A stretch of DNA of 45,601 bases from assembly GCA_016934535.1 (NCBI GenBank), contig JAFGSQ010000056.1, positions 62,001 to 107,601 on the forward strand. Direction: 5' to 3'. A program made the position numbers and the translations under genes. Source of the stretch: a candidate division WOR-3 bacterium. Its GTDB lineage: Bacteria; SDB-A. Every line of letters starts with the position of its first letter. The first letter of the stretch is position 1. Under the pieces are notes generated by a model. It saw only the letters and a program-made list of their open reading frames with translations, did not search any database and was not told the origin of the DNA. Of the stretch, positions 16,313 to 26,011 are shown piece after piece.

Positions 16313-17730
16313 TTGAAATCCGTTTCGAGGTGAGATATCTGGACAAATACTTTTTTGTCGCCTTTTAGGAGGTCTTTCAGTTTTTCTGCGCAGTAGACTG
16401 ATCTGTGCTTTCCTCCGGTGCACCCGAAATACACGTCGAGCTGTTCAAAGTTTCGTTCTATGTAGTTTTCCAGAGCCCCGTCCACCGTTTTTTTCATGTT
16501 GGCGATAAAAGATGAAACCCCTGGATCCTTGTCGAGGAAAAGGGCGACTTCAACGTCTTTGCCTGTCAAAGATGCAAGTCCGGCTTCTCTTCCGGGGTTG
16601 ATCAGATGCCTGCAATCGAAAACGAACCCCCCTCCGTGAACTCCAAGGTCCCGAGGTATCCCTTTTTTGTATGAAAAACTCTTTATCCTGACCGTGAGTT
16701 TGCCCTTTTCAAGAGAAGGCGTGAGCCCGGCTATCTTTTCGAGAGATTCATTCAGGGATTCTTCTACGGCGGGAAATAATCCGGAACGAATTTCACGGAT
16801 TATTTCCAGGGCGTTTTCTACGGCTTCACCGACACAGTTTTTAAAAGAAGCGTTCTGCCCGTGATAGCCTCTCAAACCGTAAGCACCCAAGTTTTGAAGT
16901 ATTCTGAGAAGAGCGCACAAAAAAAAGTTTTCCAAAAAACAGGGAGAAGATGAGAAAGGTCTTATTTGGTCTGTATGTGAATAGAAATCAAAAAGCTGTT
17001 TTCGTTCGCTTTTTTTCAAGCTGGCTCTTGTCTGAAATATAAGGGAAGCGGCGTCGTACAGAAGGGGTCCATTCCGGCCGCCGGTGAAGTCTAATACGTA
17101 TATTTTTTCGTTTTTGAATATTATGTTTCTCGATTGAAAATCCCTGTGCACGAAAGCTCGTTGCGGAATTTTGTTTACCAGAGAAGACATGAGTGAAAAT
17201 TCTTTTTCGAGTCGCGGTTCGTCGAAAGTAACTTCGAAAAGCTTAAGAAAACAGTATTTAAAGTAATAAAGATCCCACAGCACTGAATGCCTGCTGAATT
17301 TATTTATCGGCCGGCACATTTTGTAATCAATTTTTTTATCAACTTCCGTCTGCATCAGAGCGAGAAATTCGAGAGCCTTTTTGTACAGCGACATTGTTTT
17401 GGCGTTTAAATGATGAGAATCGGTTTTTTTTGACAATGACAGGAGTGATTCTTCACCGGCGTCTTCGCAAAGAAATATTCGTCCGGTTCTGTCTTCTATG
17501 TATATTTCGGGGACGCTGACAGAGGAATCCTTCAAAACTCCCGTCAGATAGGAAAAAACATTCCCTTCATTTTTGCTCTTAAAATACTGGCAAAAAGCCG
17601 CTTGGTCGCCTCTTTTTATTCTGGCGAACAACTTGGATGAGTCGGTGGAGCTGAAAAAGGAAAATTCTTCGGCTTCGGCGCCGAAGTGCTTCTTAAAAAG
17701 CGAAGAGGCTTCAGATCTGAAGTTTGTCAA
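16309..17730 (-). CDS. AmgK-like aminoglycoside-phosphotransferase-fold kinase fused to a RapZ C-terminal domain
   Basis: HRDFQSRNI, LDFTGGRNGPLLYDAASL, LQNLGAYG; C-terminal SFSYKKGIP...FVFDCRHLINP...FGCTGGKHRSV. Confidence 0.85.
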   Translation of the reverse strand: MTNFRSEASSLFKKHFGAEAEEFSFFSSTDSSKLFARIKRGDQAAFCQYFKSKNEGNVFSYLTGVLKDSSVSVPEIYIEDRTGRIFLCEDAGEESLLSLSKKTDSHHLNAKTMSLYKKALEFLALMQTEVDKKIDYKMCRPINKFSRHSVLWDLYYFKYCFLKLFEVTFDEPRLEKEFSLMSSLVNKIPQRAFVHRDFQSRNIIFKNEKIYVLDFTGGRNGPLLYDAASLIFQTRASLKKSERKQLFDFYSHTDQIRPFSSSPCFLENFFLCALLRILQNLGAYGLRGYHGQNASFKNCVGEAVENALEIIREIRSGLFPAVEESLNESLEKIAGLTPSLEKGKLTVRIKSFSYKKGIPRDLGVHGGGFVFDCRHLINPGREAGLASLTGKDVEVALFLDKDPGVSSFIANMKKTVDGALENYIERNFEQLDVYFGCTGGKHRSVYCAEKLKDLLKGDKKVFVQISHLETDFK

Positions 17731-17745
17731 AGATTTTCGCCTGCT

Positions 17746-18870
17746 TTAAATATTTTTTACAGAGATCTGCACGCCTTTTTCTCTGAGGAAATCCAGAATA
17801 AAAGAAAAACAGCCCTCATCGCGGCCTATAAATTCAGGGGCGAGGACGCCTCGTTCCTTTATCTTTCCTTCAAGAAAAAGCATGCAAACAGCGCAGCAGG
17901 TAAATCCGGTTGTTCTCGCCATAGAGAGTTCCCTGCTGTTCTCGTCGAACGAATCGAAGAGATAGTATTCGTGCGAAGCATAGATGGAGCCGGGATTGTT
18001 TTCGACGGTTATTTTCATGCAGGTGATGTCTCTGTCTTTTTCCGTTATTCTCCAGTTTTCAGAAAGAAGAACTTCGCTGAAATCACACGGCTTCAGGTTG
18101 ACGCCTTTGATATGGACGGGTTTATCTGAAAAAAAGCCCGTGTCCTTAAGTACCTTCAGGTATTCGTATGTTCCCGGGTAACGCAGAGTTTTTTCCGTCA
18201 TGAAAGGCACGTCAGCGGTCTTGATAAGCGTCCTTAAACCGTCTGTGTTGAAAGCGACGAGAGTTCCAACTCCCTCGAAGTCTACAAGTTCCGGTTCTGA
18301 CAACGCCGGTTTTATTCTGATTTCACCGTTTTCAACAATCCTGGCCTCCCGAACGTATTCGGCTATCACGTCAGAAGGAGAAAAGACTGATTTGTATTCG
18401 AAAGGAAGAAACCTGGCCCGGACAAGGCCGCCGACGAGACATTTATAGGAACGGACTTTTCCGAGACCGATGTGGTGTCCCAATATTATGTTGCACAGCC
18501 CTGGCGCGATGCCGCAGTCTATCAGAGCGGAGATTCCCTGTTTACGCGCCAGTTCGTCCAGAGAAAAAGGATCCTCTTCGAAAAAAGATATGTCAACTGT
18601 GTTTGTGCGGTTTTCTATCAGCGTACGGAGCGTGTTGTAGCCCATGAAACCCGGAAGGGCGAGGACGGCCAGGTCCGCAGTGGAAACCGCTTTTATAATC
18701 TGATTTCTTTCCGACAGGTCGCATTGAATGATTTTGACGCAGGTGTTCGAGAACAGCTGTTCAAGACGCGAGGAGTTCATGTCAGCACATGTCACTTCGA
18801 AAGATCGGCTGAGTTCCTTTGCTATCAATCCCCCTACGATGCCTGAACCGAGAACCGTGACCTTTTTCAT
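17746..18870 (-). CDS. Saccharopine dehydrogenase / lysine 6-dehydrogenase-like oxidoreductase
   Basis: VLGSGIVG, VDISFF, DCGIAPGL, NTDGLRTL, KTLRYPG, MARTTG. Confidence 0.85.
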   Translation of the reverse strand: MKKVTVLGSGIVGGLIAKELSRSFEVTCADMNSSRLEQLFSNTCVKIIQCDLSERNQIIKAVSTADLAVLALPGFMGYNTLRTLIENRTNTVDISFFEEDPFSLDELARKQGISALIDCGIAPGLCNIILGHHIGLGKVRSYKCLVGGLVRARFLPFEYKSVFSPSDVIAEYVREARIVENGEIRIKPALSEPELVDFEGVGTLVAFNTDGLRTLIKTADVPFMTEKTLRYPGTYEYLKVLKDTGFFSDKPVHIKGVNLKPCDFSEVLLSENWRITEKDRDITCMKITVENNPGSIYASHEYYLFDSFDENSRELSMARTTGFTCCAVCMLFLEGKIKERGVLAPEFIGRDEGCFSFILDFLREKGVQISVKNI

Positions 18871-20273
18871 TTTTCTTCACCCGCGAATTTACGGTCAAGT
18901 TCGCAAAGCGATTCGGCGAGAATGCGGGTGAAGAGGAAAATATCTTCCGTGTGCATATATTCATCGGGCTGATGAGCCATATTTTCTCTCCACGGGAAAA
19001 CAGGGCCGAATGCCACCGTGTTGTCGAACGCCCGTGCGTATGTTCCGCCGCCTATGGCTACGGGAGGCGTATCGTCTCCTGTGATTTTTCTGTATGTTTC
19101 AAGGACAGTCGCGATCAGAACGGAATTTTCCGGTACGTAAAGACCGTCGACGAATTTTTCGAGATTTATTCTAAGTTCAGGAAATTCAATCTTGTTAAAC
19201 AGGCCGATGATTTCTTCGGCCGAGTATTTTATCGGGCATCTGATGTCGTTGAAAAGAGTGACATGTCCGTTTTTTGTCTCCAAAACTCCCGGATTGATCG
19301 TAAGTTTTCCAGAGACGTCGTCCTCCAGCGCTACACCGAGTTTTTCCCCCCAATGATCGTCTTGAAATTTAGAGTTGTAAAAGTCAACAAAATGCCGGAA
19401 CAGGTCGTTTTTCGGCATCAGAGAACCGAGAAAAGCGAAGAGAACCGAAATAGCGTTGATGCCCTTATCGGGAACGCTTGCGTGAGCGGACTTTCCCTTC
19501 ACGGACGCGATAATTCTGCCGTTTTCTTTTGTCAAAGAGATGGAGTCTTCGAACCGGTCGGCAACAATTTTTCTGATCTCATTCTCGGGGAAGGTGTCCT
19601 GGAAAACAGCCGTAGCCTTTTCCGGAACCATGTTTACTGCCTTGCCTCCCGAGACAGAATAAAGCGAATCGGATCTGAAAGGAGCTGTCAAAGATATTCT
19701 CGCTATGTTTTTTTCAGCAAAAATGACGGGAAACTGTGAATCAGGCGTCAGTCCCCAGGCGGGAATCTCTTCGTTTTGTTTATATTTGTCTACACATTCC
19801 CAGCCCGATTCTTCGTCGCCTCCGAGTATGACTCTCAGCCTGCCTTTTATTCCTGAAGTCTTCTGAATACAGTGAAGAGCATAAAGAGAGCAGACAGCCG
19901 GGCCTTTGTTGTCCTCTACACCTCTGCCGAACATTTTTCCGTCGGCTACGGTGCCCTTGAAGGGAGGGTGAATCCATCCGGATTCGGCCGGAACGACGTC
20001 CAGATGGCATAGAACTGCACCCAGGGGTCCTTTTTCGCCTATTTCGAAATAGATGTAATGTCCGTCTTTCGAAAAAGCTTTTAACCCGAGTTTTTTTCCT
20101 ATAGAAAGAGCAGTCTCGAAGGCCCGGGCGACTTCGGAGCCGAAAGGAGCTCCGGGAAGGGGTTCTTTTTTGAGGCTTGGGATTTCAAGTATTTTCATGA
20201 TGTCTGAAAGTAAACCATCTTTCACTGATTCGAGGGCTTCTTCAAGGGGTGTCATAAACGAATCCTTTCTCAT
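18867..20273 (-). CDS. pepV: M20 family dipeptidase (PepV/Sapep-like)
   Basis: HLDVVP, GRGVEDNKG, DEESG, PDSQFP, GKSAHAS, GGGTYAR, AHQPDE. Confidence 0.85.
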   Translation of the reverse strand: MRKDSFMTPLEEALESVKDGLLSDIMKILEIPSLKKEPLPGAPFGSEVARAFETALSIGKKLGLKAFSKDGHYIYFEIGEKGPLGAVLCHLDVVPAESGWIHPPFKGTVADGKMFGRGVEDNKGPAVCSLYALHCIQKTSGIKGRLRVILGGDEESGWECVDKYKQNEEIPAWGLTPDSQFPVIFAEKNIARISLTAPFRSDSLYSVSGGKAVNMVPEKATAVFQDTFPENEIRKIVADRFEDSISLTKENGRIIASVKGKSAHASVPDKGINAISVLFAFLGSLMPKNDLFRHFVDFYNSKFQDDHWGEKLGVALEDDVSGKLTINPGVLETKNGHVTLFNDIRCPIKYSAEEIIGLFNKIEFPELRINLEKFVDGLYVPENSVLIATVLETYRKITGDDTPPVAIGGGTYARAFDNTVAFGPVFPWRENMAHQPDEYMHTEDIFLFTRILAESLCELDRKFAGEEK

Positions 20274-21787
20274 TTGACTTCTATGTCAGGAAGAAATCCT
20301 CCGTCCCAGCGGCTGATTTCAATGTTGTCGTTGACGCACCACACTGATATTTGATCTCCAGCCGCCGAAGGATCGAGAACGGCTTCCACACTTATGTTTT
20401 TTTCTTTTGCGAGCGAAACGAAAAATACGGACAGTTGGTTGGATATGAATTCGTAAAGCCTGCGAGGGCACCTTATCTGAATTATTTTGCCTGACAGTTT
20501 TGCGGAAATGTTTCTCAGCCAGCGTTTCATCGAGCCTGTAATGTAATAATCTTCGAAGAGGAGTCCGGACCCTTTACAGAAAGGACAGTTTTTCTGGAGA
20601 TTTTGAACGACGGAAGGACCTGTTCTTTTACGAGTCATCTGAAGGAGACCAAGTTCGCTTATGGGAAGCGTGTAATAATTGGTTTTATCTTTTGCCAAAT
20701 GCTTTTCGAATTCAGCCCTTACAGCCCTTCTGTGCTCTTCCGACTGCATGTCAATGAAATCAATGACAATAAGGCCTCCGAGGTTTCTCAATCTCGTTTG
20801 TTTTGCTATTTCTCTTGCGGCTTCGAGGTTTATCTTGTACGCGAGCTCTTCGGGGTTGTTTATTGTAGAGTATCTGCCGCTGTTGACGTCTATGGCGACC
20901 AGAGCTTCGGTGTGCTGAAATATAAGATAAGCGCCCGACAGAAGGGGGACCACGGGAGAGAAAAGTTTTGTTATTTCGTCTTCTATCCCGAAATGTTCAA
21001 ACACGGGTAATCTTTCATTGTAAAGCTTGATTTTTTTCAGAAGGTCACCGGATTTGTTTGTAGAAGAAAGATATCTTTGTATTCTTTTGAACAATTGAGG
21101 GTTGTCTATGACGAGCTGTTCCGTCGAACCCAGAAGGTGATCTCGCAATATCCTCATGATTGGATCGTCTTCCGTGTGAAGCAAAGCCGGGGCTTCTTTC
21201 TTTTTAGAAAGATCTTCAATTTCCCTCCACTTGGATTTAAGTAAATCGAGGTCGGAAAGGATTTCATCTTTTGTCCTGTTTTGCGCTTCGGTTCTTAATA
21301 TTATTCCGAAATCCTTTGATATCAATTCGCGACCAAGGGATTTCAGTCTTTTTTTCTCGTCGCGGTTTTTGATCTTTCTCGATATACCGACAATTTTTCT
21401 GCCGGGCATAAGTACTGAATATCTTCCGGGTATCGAAATGTATGTGGTCGCTCGCGGTCCCTTTTTCCCCATCGGGGATTTGGTAATCTGAAGGTATATT
21501 ACTTTTCCTTTTTCAAGCCGTTGTTTTTCTTCGGGAACCTCGCCTTCAAATTCTATCGAATCCGACATGACTTCAGAAAGGGGCAGAAAGGCGGCTTTTT
21601 CCTGCCCTATATCGATGAAGGCGGCGTTCAATCCTGTATTGACCTGAGTGACAATTCCCTTGTAAATATCACCGACAAGCTTCTTTTTGTCGAAAGTCTC
21701 AATAAATATGTCCGACAGCCTCCCGTTCTCTATTACTGCTACACGCAATTCGTCATCGAATGAGTTGATGAATATTCCATTTTCCAT
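20270..21787 (-). CDS. rng: Ribonuclease E/G family (RNase G-sized)
   Basis: GDIYKG...AAFIDIG (S1 domain), TEALVAIDVNSG, RLRNLGGLIVIDFIDM, CPFCKGSG zinc link. Confidence 0.93.
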   Translation of the reverse strand: MENGIFINSFDDELRVAVIENGRLSDIFIETFDKKKLVGDIYKGIVTQVNTGLNAAFIDIGQEKAAFLPLSEVMSDSIEFEGEVPEEKQRLEKGKVIYLQITKSPMGKKGPRATTYISIPGRYSVLMPGRKIVGISRKIKNRDEKKRLKSLGRELISKDFGIILRTEAQNRTKDEILSDLDLLKSKWREIEDLSKKKEAPALLHTEDDPIMRILRDHLLGSTEQLVIDNPQLFKRIQRYLSSTNKSGDLLKKIKLYNERLPVFEHFGIEDEITKLFSPVVPLLSGAYLIFQHTEALVAIDVNSGRYSTINNPEELAYKINLEAAREIAKQTRLRNLGGLIVIDFIDMQSEEHRRAVRAEFEKHLAKDKTNYYTLPISELGLLQMTRKRTGPSVVQNLQKNCPFCKGSGLLFEDYYITGSMKRWLRNISAKLSGKIIQIRCPRRLYEFISNQLSVFFVSLAKEKNISVEAVLDPSAAGDQISVWCVNDNIEISRWDGGFLPDIEVK

Positions 21788-21790
21788 ATT

Positions 21791-24103
21791 TTACCTCTGT
21801 ATTATTTCCGTTCTTTCCCAAATCGTGTCTTGTTCGATTCCAAAATATTTCTCCAATTCCGCTGGCCTTACTGATCCGGTGCTGTTGTATATAACGCTGA
21901 AAACAGTACCCTCGCAGGTGTTTTCAATTTTCATCAGGTATTTTTTCATGTCCAAAGTCTTTTTTCTGCCTTTTGTGTTCCTTTCTATAGTGCAAGAAGT
22001 TTTCGAGAAAAAATCTTCCACCGTTTGTCTGTCTGCTTCATAATTTCTGCACAAGTATTTTATTTCGAGTTCGGAAGACGTTATCGGCGGGTGGCTTTTC
22101 TCGAAAAAAAATATATCGAGAGGAGATATGCCCACAGGAAAATGCTCTTGCAGCTTTTTATGAGCGCTCTTTTCGAGCAAGTTCGTCGATGAAAAATCTA
22201 AAAGTTCGGTATTTGACACGGCACCGCACGGAAGAGGAGGTCCGAAATTTACAGCGGGTTTCGGTCTTTTGCCTTTTGTGTAAGGCATTTTGATACCGGC
22301 TCTTTTCAAAGATCTCAAAACTGCTGTTGTCAGTTCAAGATGTGAAATAAAACGGAGGGGGAGTTCTTTTGAATATTTTAGCCTGTAGTGAAAGATCGTC
22401 TCTTCGGCTTCGGTTACGTTTAAAAACGATTTTACGGGCATTGAAATGGCGGAATCGTTTTTCCGTTGAACGTTGAAAAAATCGCTTCGTGAACCGGTTC
22501 TGATTTTATCCCATCTTCCTGACCCGCCGTTTGTGTTCCTGAGCTCCGCTGAAAAGTCTATTCCGGCTTTTTCCATGGAAGAACGCCAGACGTCGAAACT
22601 GAAATTTTCAATCCACTGATCGAACCTCGATCCTTTCCTGAAAGCCTCGACCGCGACTGTTGAGATTTCGTGCCCCCCCCTTGCTATGATGCCTTCTACG
22701 GCGGCGGTTCTGGGATCCCTGAAATTGACGAATCTTCTGATTTTTTTCAATTTTTCGGATATCAGGCGGTATTTTCCGGTGATTTCTTCGGGAGTTGACT
22801 GCGGACATGTTTCAAACGGAGTATGAGGCCTCGGTACGAAAGGAGCAATAGATATCTTGAAGCTGTTTTTTTTCATGGCTTTGGAAATTTCGATTGCCAA
22901 ATCAGCTATGTCTTCTACGTCTCTATCAGTTTCTCCGGGAAGTCCGACCATGAAGTAGAATTTGATCCTGCTGAAACTGTTTCGCAGAGCTTTTTCAATT
23001 GAACTGAATATGTCATTGTCTTTCATCGTTTTTCCGACGTCTGATCTGAGAGATTCGTTTCCGGCTTCAGGAGCGAGAGTGAGTGTTCTGTGTCCGAGAA
23101 TGCCTGCTATTCTTAGTGTTTCTTCACTGACGCTGTCGGCGCGCAGTGAAGGCAGGGACAGGAAGATGTGATTTTTTTTCAGATAGGGGAACAGTTCGCC
23201 AAGTATCGAGCCGAGTTCCGGATGATCGCTGACTGAAAGGCTCAAAAGGGAAAGTTCTTCCCATCCGGTCGATTCCAGTCCTTCTTTCGCTATTCTCACT
23301 ACGTCTTCGGCGTTTCTATGCCGGACTTTTCTTGAAACACAGCCTGCCTGGCAAAACTTGCAGGATCTAGCACAGCCTCTTGTAATCTCGACGACATGTC
23401 TGTCGTGGATTATCTGCATGTGAGGAAGAAGAGGCGGAAGCGGAGCCTGCTCGTATTTTAATTCTTCAACCCGCAGGTATTCGACGTCAGTATTAGTGAT
23501 ACCCGGCACGTAAACGCCCTTGAGACGGGATAATTCTTCGACGAATTCTGTCCTTCGCAGCAGCTTTTGTCTGTATTGTCTGGCTAAACAAGCGATATGA
23601 AGAATTACGTCTTCGGCTTCGCCGATTACGAAAGCATCTATGAAGTGAGACCACGGCGACGGATTCAGAACGGAGGCTCCTCCGGCGATGACAACGGGAT
23701 CTCCATCGGAGCGGTCGAGGCGCGAAACAGGGATTCCACCCAGAAAAAGAATGTTAATAATATTGGTTATGTCGAGTTCGCATTCGAGAGAGAATCCCAA
23801 AACTGAAAAATCGCTGACCGGGATTCTGCTTTCGAGTGAAAAAAGAGGAAATTTACCCGACAACAACGCTTTCTCGAGATCCTGTGCCGGGCAATAAACT
23901 CGTTCGACGCCATATCCGTTGTTCAGCAGGACTCGTCTGAGTATCTGAAGACCGAGATTTGACATTCCTATCTCGTAAATATCAGGATAGCAAAGAAGGA
24001 CAAGAGCATCTTCGGGATTATTAACCGAATGGAATTCGCTGCCTATGTATCTGGTCGGATGTTCTACTTTGCGTAATATATCATCCAGGTCATTTTTTAC
24101 CAC
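21791..24103 (-). CDS. B12-binding radical SAM protein (TIGR03960-like) fused to a TIGR03936/DUF2344-like domain
   Basis: YPDIYEIGMSNLG, EITRGCARSCKFCQAG (CX3CX2C), APEAG, YFMVGLPGE; C-terminal LRFISHLE...PKP...FGPPLPCG. Start uncertain (GTG 24103 or 24124). Confidence 0.88.
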   Translation of the reverse strand: MVKNDLDDILRKVEHPTRYIGSEFHSVNNPEDALVLLCYPDIYEIGMSNLGLQILRRVLLNNGYGVERVYCPAQDLEKALLSGKFPLFSLESRIPVSDFSVLGFSLECELDITNIINILFLGGIPVSRLDRSDGDPVVIAGGASVLNPSPWSHFIDAFVIGEAEDVILHIACLARQYRQKLLRRTEFVEELSRLKGVYVPGITNTDVEYLRVEELKYEQAPLPPLLPHMQIIHDRHVVEITRGCARSCKFCQAGCVSRKVRHRNAEDVVRIAKEGLESTGWEELSLLSLSVSDHPELGSILGELFPYLKKNHIFLSLPSLRADSVSEETLRIAGILGHRTLTLAPEAGNESLRSDVGKTMKDNDIFSSIEKALRNSFSRIKFYFMVGLPGETDRDVEDIADLAIEISKAMKKNSFKISIAPFVPRPHTPFETCPQSTPEEITGKYRLISEKLKKIRRFVNFRDPRTAAVEGIIARGGHEISTVAVEAFRKGSRFDQWIENFSFDVWRSSMEKAGIDFSAELRNTNGGSGRWDKIRTGSRSDFFNVQRKNDSAISMPVKSFLNVTEAEETIFHYRLKYSKELPLRFISHLELTTAVLRSLKRAGIKMPYTKGKRPKPAVNFGPPLPCGAVSNTELLDFSSTNLLEKSAHKKLQEHFPVGISPLDIFFFEKSHPPITSSELEIKYLCRNYEADRQTVEDFFSKTSCTIERNTKGRKKTLDMKKYLMKIENTCEGTVFSVIYNSTGSVRPAELEKYFGIEQDTIWERTEIIQR

Positions 24104-25083
24104 TTCAGGACCGTGGCTCCCCAAGTCAGTCCGCCGCCGAAAGCGTCGAGAAGAACGACGTCTCCGGGTTTTATGGTTCCTTCTCTGACGGCTTCGTCAA
24201 GAGCGACCGGAATTGTCGCCGCAGACATGTTGCCGTATTTATGGATGGTTATGTAAACTTTATCAATGTCTATTCCGGCTCGTACTGCTGTGGATTCCAT
24301 TATTCTGTAATTGGCCTGATGAGGTATGAATACCTTCACGTCTTTACCCGTCAAGCCGGCCTGTTTGAGAACCTCTATTGCAACATTTCCCATTTTTGTG
24401 ACAGCGTGCTTGTATGTTTCGTTTCCCTGCATTTTAAGATAGTGCATTCTGTTCTTGACCGTTTCTTCCGTCGAAGGATGCCTAGATCCGCCGGCAGGGA
24501 GTTCGAGAAGTTTTGCCAGGCTTCCATCGGAATATATTTTTGTTGATATGATGCCGCTTTTGCCTTCCGAAGGACCTAGAATTACAGCACCAGCCCCGTC
24601 TCCGAAAAGGACCACCGTGCTTCTATCTTCTTTGTCGGCTATTTTGGACAGAATTTCAGCGGCGGCTACAAGTATGTATTTCGCTGTTTTATTGGCTATA
24701 AAATTCCGGGCGATTTCCATCGCATAAATAAAACCTGTACAGGCCGCTGAAATATCGAAAGCGGGGATGTTTTTGAGGTGCAGTTTATTCTGGACTATGC
24801 ATGCGGTTGAAGGAAAAAGATGGTCGGGGGATATTGTAGCGATTATAATCATGTCGATCTTGTCCGGATCAATACCGGAGCTCTCTATCGCTTTTTTTGA
24901 TGCTTCAATGACCATGTCTGATGTTGCCTGATCGTCTCTGACCCATCTTCTTTCTTTAATTCCGGATCTTTCCGTAATCCACTCGTCCGATGTGTCCAGA
25001 TATTTCTCGAAGTCTTTGTTCGTTATTATCTTATCCGGGACGTAAGAGCCGGTTCCGTAAATTTTTGCCCTGTACATTTTCAC
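24097..25083 (-). CDS. fabH: 3-oxoacyl-ACP synthase III
   Basis: DTSDEWITERSGI, AACTGF (Cys), FGDGAGA, PHQAN (His), YGNMSAA (Asn), FGGGLTWG. Confidence 0.97.
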   Translation of the reverse strand: MKMYRAKIYGTGSYVPDKIITNKDFEKYLDTSDEWITERSGIKERRWVRDDQATSDMVIEASKKAIESSGIDPDKIDMIIIATISPDHLFPSTACIVQNKLHLKNIPAFDISAACTGFIYAMEIARNFIANKTAKYILVAAAEILSKIADKEDRSTVVLFGDGAGAVILGPSEGKSGIISTKIYSDGSLAKLLELPAGGSRHPSTEETVKNRMHYLKMQGNETYKHAVTKMGNVAIEVLKQAGLTGKDVKVFIPHQANYRIMESTAVRAGIDIDKVYITIHKYGNMSAATIPVALDEAVREGTIKPGDVVLLDAFGGGLTWGATVLKW

Positions 25084-26003
25084 TTCTCCATTCGCGCGGC
25101 GGATACGATTGCGGCCAGAGCTATTGAATAATATTTTGTTTCGTCGCTGTCCGATCTGGAAACCAGAACTCCGGGAGCCGATGCGCCGACGATTATAGCC
25201 GCCACCTGGCCTTTGGCAAGATGTATAAGTCCTTTGTAAAAAGCGTTTGCACCTTCTATTGCAGGAAATATTAAAACGTCGGCTTCGCCGTTGACCGGTG
25301 AATTGATTTTTTTACTCTGGAGGCAATGTGTGTTAACCGATATGTCGAGGGCGAGCGGGCCGTCGACTATGCAGTTTTTTATCTGACCCCTTTCCGCCAT
25401 TTTTGTCAAAAGAGCCGCGTCAACCGAAGACTGTATTTTTTGTTCCACTTTTTCCGAAGCGGAAAGAACTGCGACTTTGGGCATTTTGACACCCAGGAAA
25501 TTGGCAATCTCGACGCAGTATTCTATCATCAAAGCTTTTTGACTGAGGTCAGGCTGGGGAAGAATGGCGACGTCCGAAAGAATCAAGAATTTAGGGTAAG
25601 TTTCGACTTTTGCTATTGTGACGTGCGTCAGCGTTGATTTCGGAGGCATAAGGCCTTTATCTTTATCGAGAATAGCCCGCGCGTAATCAGACGTCGAAAT
25701 CATTCCTTTCATTATTATGTCCGCTTTTTTTTCTCTGACGATTTCTACGGCTTTTCGACCCGCCAGTTTTTTGTCGGTTTCTTCGACGTACTCGAATACT
25801 TTTGGATCAATACCGACTTTCTTGGCAAGTTCCTGCGTAGCTTTACTGTCTCCGACCATGATAGCGTGTATGAATCCTTCGTTTGCCGCCCTTGCAATAG
25901 CTTCGATAGTGTCGGGATCGTCTCCGCAGGCGACCGCGACTGTCTGTTTGCGGCATGATTTTGCTTTATTTACCAGTTCTTCGAATGTTCGTATAACTTC
26001 CAT
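25080..26003 (-). CDS. ptb: Phosphate butyryltransferase-family phosphate acyltransferase
   Basis: DIIMKG, PKVAVLSASEKV, VDGPLALDIS, GEADVLIFP, VLVSRSDS. Confidence 0.85.
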   Translation of the reverse strand: MEVIRTFEELVNKAKSCRKQTVAVACGDDPDTIEAIARAANEGFIHAIMVGDSKATQELAKKVGIDPKVFEYVEETDKKLAGRKAVEIVREKKADIIMKGMISTSDYARAILDKDKGLMPPKSTLTHVTIAKVETYPKFLILSDVAILPQPDLSQKALMIEYCVEIANFLGVKMPKVAVLSASEKVEQKIQSSVDAALLTKMAERGQIKNCIVDGPLALDISVNTHCLQSKKINSPVNGEADVLIFPAIEGANAFYKGLIHLAKGQVAAIIVGASAPGVLVSRSDSDETKYYSIALAAIVSAARMEK

Positions 26004-26011
26004 TCTGCCTC

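Noticed and set aside
18951-19739. 262-aa plus-strand ORF (and similar ones at 11670-12317, 30025-30642, 34609-35247)
   Set aside because: Antisense shadows of well-identified genes; no RBS or family motifs recognised.
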